Positions 10,072 through 17,735 of a DNA stretch of 32,000 bases are shown piece by piece (within the stretch, counting starts at the first letter, position 1; the number at the start of each line of letters is the position of its first letter). Source of the stretch: Acaryochloris marina MBIC11017 (GTDB lineage: Bacteria; Cyanobacteriota; Cyanobacteriia; Thermosynechococcales; Thermosynechococcaceae); contig NC_009927.1 in assembly GCF_000018105.1 (NCBI RefSeq), forward strand, positions 120,001-152,000. The letters are read 5' to 3'. Under the pieces are notes generated by a model. The model was not told the origin of the DNA. It saw nothing but the letters and a program-made list of their open reading frames with translations, and did no database searches. A program made the position numbers and the translations under genes.

Positions 10072-10657
10072 GGCGCTTATCCTTCAGGGGACAGTCTGCA
10101 ATTTCGCACTCAGAAGGCTCCATGCGAATCGGCGGCTCAAACTCCGTGATGCCGTACCGCTCACGGATCACTTTAAGTACCTGGTTTAGGTAGTGACGGA
10201 CTTGAGTATTGGTCATACCCATACAGTGGATAGGCTCAATATCGGCTAACTTCTTGCTCCCTTGCCAGACACTAACGGCCAGAGCATGGAGATGGGCATC
10301 CTTGGGCTTCTCCTTGTAGAGATAGAGCAAAGCCACAAGAGGGGCTTGGACGGGAATCGAGAAGGTTTCAGTGGCTTCTATGGGCGTGGTTATGACCTTC
10401 CGCTGTGCATAGTTTCCTTTGCGCTTGGCATTGCTTTCCTTGCGGTGGCGGTAATGATTGCGCTTATTGTCGCAGGTATTGTCCTTCCAGCAGTCATCGC
10501 CTTGGGGTCCGTGAATACGCTTGGCTTCAGACCGGGAATAATCGATGCACGCTAAGCACTTGGGATTGATGGGTCGTGCCATTTCGGGGGCCACTCCATT
10601 GAGCGTCGGTGGTGAAAGCCCATAGGAGAAAGGCTTAAACCATCGCCAGGATACCAT
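10055..10657 (-). CDS. hypothetical basic, Cys-rich protein (possible zinc ribbon)
   Basis: ORF with KCLAC...C.KDNTC (CxxC...Cx6C) followed by a K/R/H-rich stretch. ATG 10582 (MARPINPK...) is a plausible alternative start. Confidence 0.5.
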   Translation of the reverse strand: MVSWRWFKPFSYGLSPPTLNGVAPEMARPINPKCLACIDYSRSEAKRIHGPQGDDCWKDNTCDNKRNHYRHRKESNAKRKGNYAQRKVITTPIEATETFSIPVQAPLVALLYLYKEKPKDAHLHALAVSVWQGSKKLADIEPIHCMGMTNTQVRHYLNQVLKVIRERYGITEFEPPIRMEPSECEIADCPLKDKRHVQTA

Positions 10658-10829
10658 ACGTTTTTTAGTCTAAAATTTAGTCTAATACAGATAAGGGGAG
10701 TTATTTGGAGTAGGAATAATCACAAAAATACCCCTGCTGTCAGTGGAAAGGGTTTGAATCGCAGGTTTGAGATTTTTGGGGAGCAACAGGGGTGCTGAAT
10801 TCCTGGTTATTCGTGTTGTCTTGCTTCAT

Positions 10830-12974
10830 TCACTCAGCAGGTTTGGGTAGGAACATGCGCTGCTTGATGGAATCCCATTGCTGAGCAGAGATTCCACTCG
10901 CTTGTTTACTGCAATCGATCATGAGCTGGCAGGTTGAGAAGTAGTTGGTGATGGCTTGCACATCATCTGTAGACAGATCCAATAATTCTGGAGAGATATC
11001 CAGTGATGAGCTGATTCCTTCGATTGAAACTGTTGATGAGTCAAATGATTTTTCTAGATATGAGATGAGGGTTTGAATATCAACATCTGTTATTAGTTTA
11101 TTATCCAGGGCAAATTTAGCGATGGCGATGGCGATGGCGCGGGCGCGGGCGCGGGCGCGGGCGATGGCGCTGGCGCGGGCGCTGGCGCGGGCGCTGGCGC
11201 GGTCGATGGCGCGGTCGAGGTCGAGGTCGAGGGCGCTGGCGCGGTCGAGGGCGCTGGCGATGGCGAGGGCGCGGGCGCTGGCGCGGTCGAGGGCGCGGGC
11301 GAGGTCGAGGGCGCGGGCGCTGGCGCGGTCGAGGTCGAGGGCGCGGTCGAGGGCGCGGTCGATGGCGCTGGCGATGGCGAGGACGAGGATTAGTATTAGA
11401 GTAAATACTCGTTTAACTTCACCAGAATAGTCACTGGATGCATGAGTTGTCTTAGCCCCTGCCCAAGCTAGCAATCTCTTTAACTTGGGATGTTCAGATA
11501 GCTCTTGAGTTTGTACTTCCAGTTTTTCCAAGAGTCCGATCGCAGCTTCACCCATCAACCCCGTAACTAGAAAAAAGACTTCTCTCCAGCGTTCACTTGA
11601 ACGGTGCAATTCAACTAGATCATCTAGTAGGTTCCATTTAACAATGTACTTTGCAGTTAAAAACTCCTGAAGCGTTAAGTGAGAGAAAGAATAAACATTA
11701 GTTGCTCTCTCAACGAAAATTCCTTGCTGAACTTCAATTGCTTCCAAGACTGCTGATGCATCAAGGTTCTTTGGAGCACCCAGCGAATCACCCAAAAAAT
11801 CAGCTATTGATTTCATCAACTGCTCTTCAGTGAAAAATAGTTGATTGTCCTCAAATCCCTGATAGGCAATTTTTGCCAACAATTGTTTCTCAAGGTCTGT
11901 GTGGAATCCCTCATAAATTTGACCTCGCCCAACCCGTTTTTCTGATGCCCACTCTTTTAGCAAAATGTTCAAGGCATCTTCATACAAAGTATGTCGGCTA
12001 CTGGGAACCGTTAGGGATTTGTTATAGACCATGCACAGAAACGTCAAGAGCAAAGGAGATTGAGCTAACTCCTTTGCTCCTTTATTCTCTGGTTTCTGCA
12101 ACAGTTCCCAACAGTGCTGAGCTGTCTGGCTCTGTTGGTCGAGTTCAGATGAGAACCAGTTTGTAATAAATTTCTCTATCTGCTCATCGTCAAATTCTGC
12201 GATCGCAACTGTAGTTACCCGCTTGAAATAGGTATGATAGGCGGCAATTCGACAAGAGGCTATAAACCGATTCTTGGAATATCGATCTACAAAGGCTTGA
12301 ATCTTCTGAATAACATTATCAAGATTTTCAGCAAGAACCTCATCCAGGCCGTCAAAGAGGATAAGGAGTCGCCCTTTTGCCAAAGCTTTTTTAGTAAAGC
12401 CATCTGGGTGTGGAAAGCCACAGTTTTCAAATTCAGCAGCGATACAGGTTTCCAGATCTAGATCGGGTGAGGTTAATAACTTTAATTCGAGGAAGACTGG
12501 AATTTGTTGATGCTTGTAGCTTCCTTGCTCTCCCTTAAGCGCTTCTAGTCCTACTTTCCTTAGAAAGGTAGACTTGCCAATTCCTGGATCTCCGAGAACA
12601 ATCAGCCGCTCACATTCGTTAGCAATATCAATACCGTTTCGCTTGGGACAGTTATGGTGTCTGAATCGACGGTCGCCCCGATTTCGATAGGCTTCTTCCA
12701 GGGCTTCACGAGAGTCATAACTTTTCATTGACTCCGTATCCAACATTCGGGCACCAGAATATATGGCATCTAACGATACGGGTTTAGACATTCCCAAAAC
12801 CTGGACTTGCCCATGTCGATCGCTGTAGTTTTGAAAGTATGCTTTTGTAGCATTAAAAAACAGTTGTCGAAATGAATCATCAATCTTGATCTCATCCCTC
12901 TCATCAAAGATTTTGATACCAAGGTCAAAGAGTGCCTTTATGAACGCTCCTGCAACTGCTGCCTCCAATGCCAC
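10830..12974 (-). CDS. NACHT-family STAND NTPase with a C-terminal dipeptide-repeat region
   Basis: Walker A LGDPGIGKSTFL, Walker B LLILFDGLDEV, and the typical pre-P-loop segment VQVLGMSKPVSLDAIY. GTG start at 12974. No recognisable effector domain at either end. Confidence 0.85.
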   Translation of the reverse strand: MALEAAVAGAFIKALFDLGIKIFDERDEIKIDDSFRQLFFNATKAYFQNYSDRHGQVQVLGMSKPVSLDAIYSGARMLDTESMKSYDSREALEEAYRNRGDRRFRHHNCPKRNGIDIANECERLIVLGDPGIGKSTFLRKVGLEALKGEQGSYKHQQIPVFLELKLLTSPDLDLETCIAAEFENCGFPHPDGFTKKALAKGRLLILFDGLDEVLAENLDNVIQKIQAFVDRYSKNRFIASCRIAAYHTYFKRVTTVAIAEFDDEQIEKFITNWFSSELDQQSQTAQHCWELLQKPENKGAKELAQSPLLLTFLCMVYNKSLTVPSSRHTLYEDALNILLKEWASEKRVGRGQIYEGFHTDLEKQLLAKIAYQGFEDNQLFFTEEQLMKSIADFLGDSLGAPKNLDASAVLEAIEVQQGIFVERATNVYSFSHLTLQEFLTAKYIVKWNLLDDLVELHRSSERWREVFFLVTGLMGEAAIGLLEKLEVQTQELSEHPKLKRLLAWAGAKTTHASSDYSGEVKRVFTLILILVLAIASAIDRALDRALDLDRASARALDLARALDRASARALAIASALDRASALDLDLDRAIDRASARASARASAIARARARARAIAIAIAKFALDNKLITDVDIQTLISYLEKSFDSSTVSIEGISSSLDISPELLDLSTDDVQAITNYFSTCQLMIDCSKQASGISAQQWDSIKQRMFLPKPAE
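11119..11388. repeat. 45 tandem hexanucleotide units, (G/T)CG(C/A)(G/T)G on the + strand, inside the NACHT ORF
   Basis: 270 nt of GCGCGG/GCGCTG/GCGATG/TCGAGG/GCGAGG units, far more GC-rich than the flanks. On the coding strand they give [A/D]-[R/L/S/I] dipeptides (ALDRALDRALDLDRASARALDLARALDRASARA...ARARARAIAIAIA). Confidence 0.95.
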
Positions 12975-13232
12975 TGTCCTTTAGTTCCCAAAGAATATTT
13001 GCTCCATTGTGATTATCCTATGGGTAAAACTTTGGCTCAGTTATTCATCAGTATTAATTCATAAAAGCTAAAAGCGAAGGATCTCTCAAGAACGATTTTT
13101 TGATAGCTTCCTAATTTCAGTCTTAGCTATAGCACTCCAGACTTCCAGCACCCACCCATTTATTTTGGAGTAGAATCCCCATAGCTAACCTCCCTACACA
13201 TCACACCATCCCAACCTCAGCAATCTTCCCCA

Positions 13233-15197
13233 ATGGCTATCCCTGAAGTAAATCTCATCGTACTGGCAGACCAGGCCGCCACCCCCATCGATGCTGCCCG
13301 GTCCCGGACCCAACCCGCAACAACCCCACTGGCCGATCTCCGGTGGATGCGAGTCGAAGAATTCCTAAGATCCCGCGAAATCCGACCCAACACCCACAAA
13401 GCCTATGAGCGAGACTTGAAGCAGCTCATGGACTGGACCCCAAAGGGATGGCATGAGATTACCTCCAGGGACTTGGATCGATACAAGACCTATCTCAAGA
13501 CTGAACCCAACCACCGGGGCAAGCTCCGCAAGTGTGCGACCATTAACCGGAGCTTGGCCGCATTGCAGAGCTTCTTCAAATGGCTGACGGTTCGGGACTA
13601 CATCACCAAAAACCCAGCTTTACTCTTAGAAAAGCTGAAGTCTGATCCATTGCTGCCCCAGGAATTCAGCCAGGACGAAGTGGATAATCTATATCAGGCC
13701 ATTTGCGATCGCGGGTTTCATTCCTTCCGAGATCGGGCATTGCTGCACCTGATTGATCATGGGTTGAGAGCATCAGAGATTCAGGGGTTGAATGTTGGGG
13801 ACTATGATGGTCAGCGTGTTCACATCAGAGAAGCCAAGGCTGATAGCGTTGGGTCTGTTCCACTTTTGAGCAAGGCCAGGAGAGCGTTTGACCAGTACAA
13901 GCAGTGGCGAGAACAACAGGGTGAAGTCCTTGAAGATGAGTCACCGTTGTTTGTATCCCACTCCAATAACAGCAAAGGACAACGGTTGCAATATTGGGGC
14001 ATCTACAAGATATTCAAGGCGATTGCTGATATTGCCGAGGTGGAGAATGCCCATCCTCACCGAGGACGGCATACCCTAGCGACTCGACTAGTGATGAAAG
14101 ACATGGACTCGATTCTGGCCCGGAAGGTTACCCGGCACAAATCAGAGCAGTCTTTTGTCCGTTATTCAGATCGGGGAATTGAGCTGAAGGCAGAGCAGCA
14201 ATTCTATGAGGTGCATGGGGAAGCGCCAGGGGGCGAGGATGGGATCGTTGAAGACCAGTTGGAAGGTATTGAGCTGAAGGCGGTCGTTGAGGAGCCTGCG
14301 AACTGGCCCAAGATTAAGGCGGTGGGTCTGCCCTTGAATACGGTCCAGGTGAGGCTGACCCTTGAGGTTTCAGGGAAGAAGAAGGGCAAGGTCAGGAAGG
14401 AGATCGAGGAGCGGGTCTTTAGTCCTTTTCAGATGGTCAAACCTAAGCCGAGGGGGAATGAGTATGAGCTGATGGTTGTGGTTGAGGGAGGCGATACGTT
14501 GTCTGCAATTACCGATCAGATGAAATGGGATATGGAGCTACTGGGGGAACTGGATGATTGCGAGGTGAAAGTGGCGTGGTTGGATCAGCAAGAATCGACT
14601 GGAGAGGTGACTCTAGAATCTCAGGAAGACGAGTCAGCTTTTGCCGAGTCTTCCGCAGGGCAACGGCCTACTTCCACCTCCAGCGTCTATCAAATGAAGA
14701 TCATGCTGCTGGGAGTACGGCCCCAAGTCTGGCGGCGCATTCAAGTCCCAGAGACGACGACGCTGGCCCAACTACATTCTGTATTGCAAGTCGTGATGGG
14801 GTGGGAAGGTTACCATCTGCACCAGTTCTCGGATAGCGAAGACGAAGCCATGACTTTAGCGGAGCTGATCGAAGATGATTTATTCTCATTCGGCTACCTA
14901 TATGACTTCGGGGATATGTGGCGACATGAAATCAAGGTGGAGAAGAGGTTAGAGAGTAAACCTGGAAAAAACTATCCCATTTGTCTGGCTGGAAAGCGGG
15001 CCTGTCCACCGGAAGACTGTGGTGGTGATTGGGGGTATGCTCGTCTGCTGAGGGTACTGAATAACCCCAGACATCCTGAGCATGAGGAGCGGTTGGAATG
15101 GGTTGGGAGTGATTTTGACCCGAAGGCGTTTGACCTGGAGGAGGTGAATCAAGCCTTGAAGGAGCTTGAGGTTGAAACAATGAGCTATTTTGATTGA
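13233..15197 (+). CDS. tyrosine recombinase (phage-integrase family) fused to a C-terminal pRiA4b ORF-3-like (MM3350-like) domain
   Basis: N-terminal SAM-like domain (NTHKAYERDLKQL). Catalytic residues are present: GLRASE (Arg), HPHRGRHTLAT (HxxR) and FVRYSD (Tyr). After an acidic linker comes VYQMKIMLLGVRPQVWRRIQVPETTTLAQLHSVLQVVMGWEGYHLHQF...YLYDFGDMWRHEIKVEK...CPPEDCGG, which I recognise as PF07929-type. Confidence 0.85.
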   Translation: MAIPEVNLIVLADQAATPIDAARSRTQPATTPLADLRWMRVEEFLRSREIRPNTHKAYERDLKQLMDWTPKGWHEITSRDLDRYKTYLKTEPNHRGKLRKCATINRSLAALQSFFKWLTVRDYITKNPALLLEKLKSDPLLPQEFSQDEVDNLYQAICDRGFHSFRDRALLHLIDHGLRASEIQGLNVGDYDGQRVHIREAKADSVGSVPLLSKARRAFDQYKQWREQQGEVLEDESPLFVSHSNNSKGQRLQYWGIYKIFKAIADIAEVENAHPHRGRHTLATRLVMKDMDSILARKVTRHKSEQSFVRYSDRGIELKAEQQFYEVHGEAPGGEDGIVEDQLEGIELKAVVEEPANWPKIKAVGLPLNTVQVRLTLEVSGKKKGKVRKEIEERVFSPFQMVKPKPRGNEYELMVVVEGGDTLSAITDQMKWDMELLGELDDCEVKVAWLDQQESTGEVTLESQEDESAFAESSAGQRPTSTSSVYQMKIMLLGVRPQVWRRIQVPETTTLAQLHSVLQVVMGWEGYHLHQFSDSEDEAMTLAELIEDDLFSFGYLYDFGDMWRHEIKVEKRLESKPGKNYPICLAGKRACPPEDCGGDWGYARLLRVLNNPRHPEHEERLEWVGSDFDPKAFDLEEVNQALKELEVETMSYFD

Positions 15198-15385
15198 GAA
15201 GGATCTTTACCCACTTGCTGACAGTCGGCTAAATAATCATCAATGACGTTATGAAAAGATTGCTTTAACTCATCCGCCGTCTGACCATCAAATGCAATGA
15301 CATCGCGAATCCCCAAGACGCGACCAAAGAAGATCTGATCATTAGCATCGAACTCAACCACAGATTCATAGCCCTTGTACTTCAT
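15185..15385 (-). pseudogene. HicB-family antitoxin, N-terminal domain only (C-terminal DNA-binding part missing)
   Basis: MKYKGYESVVEFDANDQIFFGRVLGIRDVIAFDGQTADELKQSFHNVIDDYLADCQQVGKDP matches the HicB N-domain. The expected ...YSGKF..RIP..LH RHH segment is absent. The ORF runs into the integrase 3' end with a 13-nt convergent overlap. Confidence 0.65.
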
Positions 15386-15718
15386 CTAACCCCCAGATAC
15401 CAATTTGCTACTAGCTAGGCGGTTGAGGCTAATCCCTTGTTCTGCTGCTTGGATAGCCAGTTGACGATGCTGCTCAGGTGGAATTCTCACCATAAATTTC
15501 CCACTGTATTGCTTTTTAGACAGAGGGGTAGGGATAGGCTCATCCTGTGCCACTAAATCCTCAATACAATCTTTGACCAATTCCACAATGCCAGCGAAAG
15601 CAGACTGTTGATCTTCATCCAGCCAGCTCAAACTTGGAAATTCGGCGCACAAGCCCACAAACTCCTCATCTTCTTGAGACCAGATGACCCGGTAGGTATA
15701 GTATTTGGCATCCATCAC
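15386..15718 (-). CDS. hicB: HicB-family antitoxin (N-domain plus RHH-like C-terminus)
   Basis: YTYRVIWSQEDEEFVGLCAEFPSLSWLDED...KKQYSGKFMVRIPPEQHRQLAIQAAEQGISLN. ATG 15713-15715 shares one base with the hicA TGA (15715-15717). The ORF-track start is the GTG one codon upstream. Confidence 0.85.
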   Translation of the reverse strand: MMDAKYYTYRVIWSQEDEEFVGLCAEFPSLSWLDEDQQSAFAGIVELVKDCIEDLVAQDEPIPTPLSKKQYSGKFMVRIPPEQHRQLAIQAAEQGISLNRLASSKLVSGG

Positions 15719-15960
15719 ATTGACTCCAGCTTTTGGATCGCGGCTAACACTTGTTTGACTTGGTAGGGTTTGCCCATCCCTTTCTTGGATTGGATATTGA
15801 CGAAAGGATCACCCTGCCAGGGAGTCTTGTAAACCCGATGGCTTCCAGAAGTCTGACGAGCTTCCCCGAAGTAGTGATCGCAAACCTTACACAAATCAGA
15901 GAACTTAATCCCAGCGGGATTATTCCCCATTTTGGCAACAATTTTGTCGATACTGGCCAT
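15715..15960 (-). CDS. hicA: HicA-family mRNA-interferase toxin
   Basis: 81 aa from the internal ATG 15960: MASIDKIVAKMGNNPAGIKFSDLCKVCDHYFGEARQTSGSHRVYKTPWQGDPFVNIQ..GKPYQVKQVLAAI (YcfA/HicA-like). The ORF-track extension up to 16227 looks non-coding. Confidence 0.8.
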   Translation of the reverse strand: MASIDKIVAKMGNNPAGIKFSDLCKVCDHYFGEARQTSGSHRVYKTPWQGDPFVNIQSKKGMGKPYQVKQVLAAIQKLESM

Positions 15961-15970
15961 GTGGTTAATA

Positions 15971-15992
15971 GTATCAATATCGATACTAGTAT
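15971..15992. promoter_or_regulatory. overlapping palindromes upstream of hicA (candidate TA operator)
   Basis: GTATCaATATcGATAC (imperfect 16-mer, 15971-15986) overlaps the perfect 10-mer ATACTAGTAT (15983-15992), 11-32 nt upstream of the hicA ATG. Confidence 0.25.
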
Positions 15993-16086
15993 AGAATACT
16001 CTTCGATATAAGACCAAACTGTTCGTTAGAGTTTCACTAGAGTCATAATGACTTGCTAAAATCCACGAATTTGCGTATATGGATAC

Positions 16087-16110
16087 GGAAATTGCCATTA
16101 TCGCAACCAA
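16087..16110 (+). repeat. copy A of a 24-nt dispersed direct motif (candidate recombination site)
   Basis: GGAAATTGCCATTATCGCAACCAA matches 23314-23337 at 20/24 positions in the same orientation. Confidence 0.7.
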
Positions 16111-16406
16111 ATCGAGAAATGAAGAATGAACGAAATACCTTTGGTTTGAATTTGGCCTGAAATCTTTGTGGGATTGTTCTTGAAATCGTTCATCTAAAAA
16201 CATAAAAACAGATGAAGGGTAGGGCAACAGTCTTTGGTCAACCCAAATGAATGATTAAGTACCCAGCAGTTATACAACAGCCTAAAAATATTGCGGAATA
16301 AGTAGAAATACTACTTTCCAAGGTTATCCATGCCATTATTTTATGCAAGGTGATTTTGGATTTAGCTTCAGCGCATTTAGAGGATTGGGGACTGTGATAA
16401 AAACTG

Positions 16407-17735
16407 TTGGAATGGATAGGTTTTATGGCACCAGATTTACGCCAATTCTTTCGCGCTTGCAATCCGGGTAAAACAATTCGCTTTGAAGACCCTGAAGAAC
16501 GAAACTATTACATCGACTTTTCATCGGTCCGAGGGGGAGAAGTCATTGAAGAACTGGGCCAAACCATTGCACTCATGGATCCAGATCCGACCTGCCAGCT
16601 TTTCTCGGGGCATATTGGCTGTGGTAAGTCCACTGAACTTCTGCGACTAAAAAAAGAGCTACAAGAAAAAGGCTTCCATGTCGTCTATTTCGAGTCCAGT
16701 GCAGATCTGGATATGGGTGATGTGGATGTGAGTGATATCTTGCTAGCCATTGCCCATCAAGTCAGTGAAAGCCTAGAAGCTGCCAAAATTTCCACTCAAT
16801 CGAGTTACTTTAATCGGCTGCTCAAGGAATGTGTGGATTTTTTAAATACCCCTGTGGAGTTGGGGATTGAAGCAGAACTGTCCTTGGGGATTGGCAAATT
16901 AACCGCAAAAACCAAAGAAAGCCCACAATTACGGAGCCAACTGCGCCAATATCTAGAACCTCGGACAGAAAGTTTGCTGAATGCTATTAACCGAGAACTG
17001 CTGCAACCTGCCCAGGAGGAGCTGAATAAGCAGGGGAAGCAGGGCTTAGTGGTGATTATCGACAATCTGGATCGGGTGGATAATCGACCGATAGCTTCGG
17101 GGCAAACCCAGGCGGAGTACTTATTTATCACTCGGGGAGAGCAGTTAGGGGGGTTACGATGCCATGTCGTCTATACCATTCCTCTGGTATTGATGTTCTC
17201 CAATGAGTTGCAAGCTCTGAAAAATCGGCTAGGCGGTGGGGCTAATCCGATGGTGTTGCCGATGGTTCCCATTCGATTGCGGGAGGGGAATGATTGTGAG
17301 GCGGGAATGGCTCTGTTGCGTCAAATGGTTTTAGCTCGGGCTTTTCCCCAGGCCACACCAGATGAACGTTTAGCTTCGGTGACAGAGGTGTTTGACTCAC
17401 CGGAGACATTAAATCAACTCTGTGTGGCGAGTGGTGGACATGTTCGTAATTTGCTGAGTCTGCTATTTACCTGTTTAAGAAAACGCAAGAGCTTGCCCAT
17501 TACCCAAGACAGTTTGCAGTTAGCGATTCAAGAAGCTAAGGATGATTTGACCGCTACTATCGATGCTGAAGAGTGGGAACTGCTCAAACAGGTCCATTCC
17601 TCGAAGAAAGTCACGGGAGAAGAGGAATGTCAGGCATTATTGCGGAGTCTATTTGTATTTGAATATCGCAACCATGCCGATGGTCGATGGTTTGATATTA
17701 ATCCAGTATTGGCAGGTGCTCGTGAATTGTCATGA
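16407..17735 (+). CDS. P-loop ATPase (AAA+/ORC-Cdc6-like or STAND-like, no repeat domain)
   Basis: Walker A GHIGCGKST (16608-16634) and Walker B LVVIIDNLDR (~17046-17075). The second ATG at 16425 (MAPDLRQFF...) may be the true start. The stop overlaps the next start as ATGA at 17732-17735. Confidence 0.8.
   Translation: MEWIGFMAPDLRQFFRACNPGKTIRFEDPEERNYYIDFSSVRGGEVIEELGQTIALMDPDPTCQLFSGHIGCGKSTELLRLKKELQEKGFHVVYFESSADLDMGDVDVSDILLAIAHQVSESLEAAKISTQSSYFNRLLKECVDFLNTPVELGIEAELSLGIGKLTAKTKESPQLRSQLRQYLEPRTESLLNAINRELLQPAQEELNKQGKQGLVVIIDNLDRVDNRPIASGQTQAEYLFITRGEQLGGLRCHVVYTIPLVLMFSNELQALKNRLGGGANPMVLPMVPIRLREGNDCEAGMALLRQMVLARAFPQATPDERLASVTEVFDSPETLNQLCVASGGHVRNLLSLLFTCLRKRKSLPITQDSLQLAIQEAKDDLTATIDAEEWELLKQVHSSKKVTGEEECQALLRSLFVFEYRNHADGRWFDINPVLAGARELS

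Noticed and set aside
11122-11430. + strand ORF MAMAMARARARARAMALARALARAL...
   Set aside because: It is an artefact of the hexanucleotide repeat being open in several frames. It lies inside, and antisense to, the NACHT ORF, which has clear Walker motifs.
13217-15180. Short ORFs on both strands within the 654-aa recombinase gene
   Set aside because: They are shadow ORFs in a GC-richer gene. The long + frame carries complete recombinase and MM3350-like motifs.
13076-15206. 9-mer GAAGGATCT at 13076 and 15198 as direct repeats flanking the first integrase
   Set aside because: Repeated 9-mers are expected by chance many times in 32 kb. The sequence left of 13076 does not encode the missing HicB C-terminus in any frame I translated.
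15961-16462. N-terminal extension of the hicA ORF up to 16227, and the 74-aa minus-strand ORF 16238-16462
   Set aside because: The extension has no HicA similarity and contains the 24-nt motif copy. HicA homology starts at ATG 15960. The 74-aa ORF overlaps the ATPase gene start and has no support.
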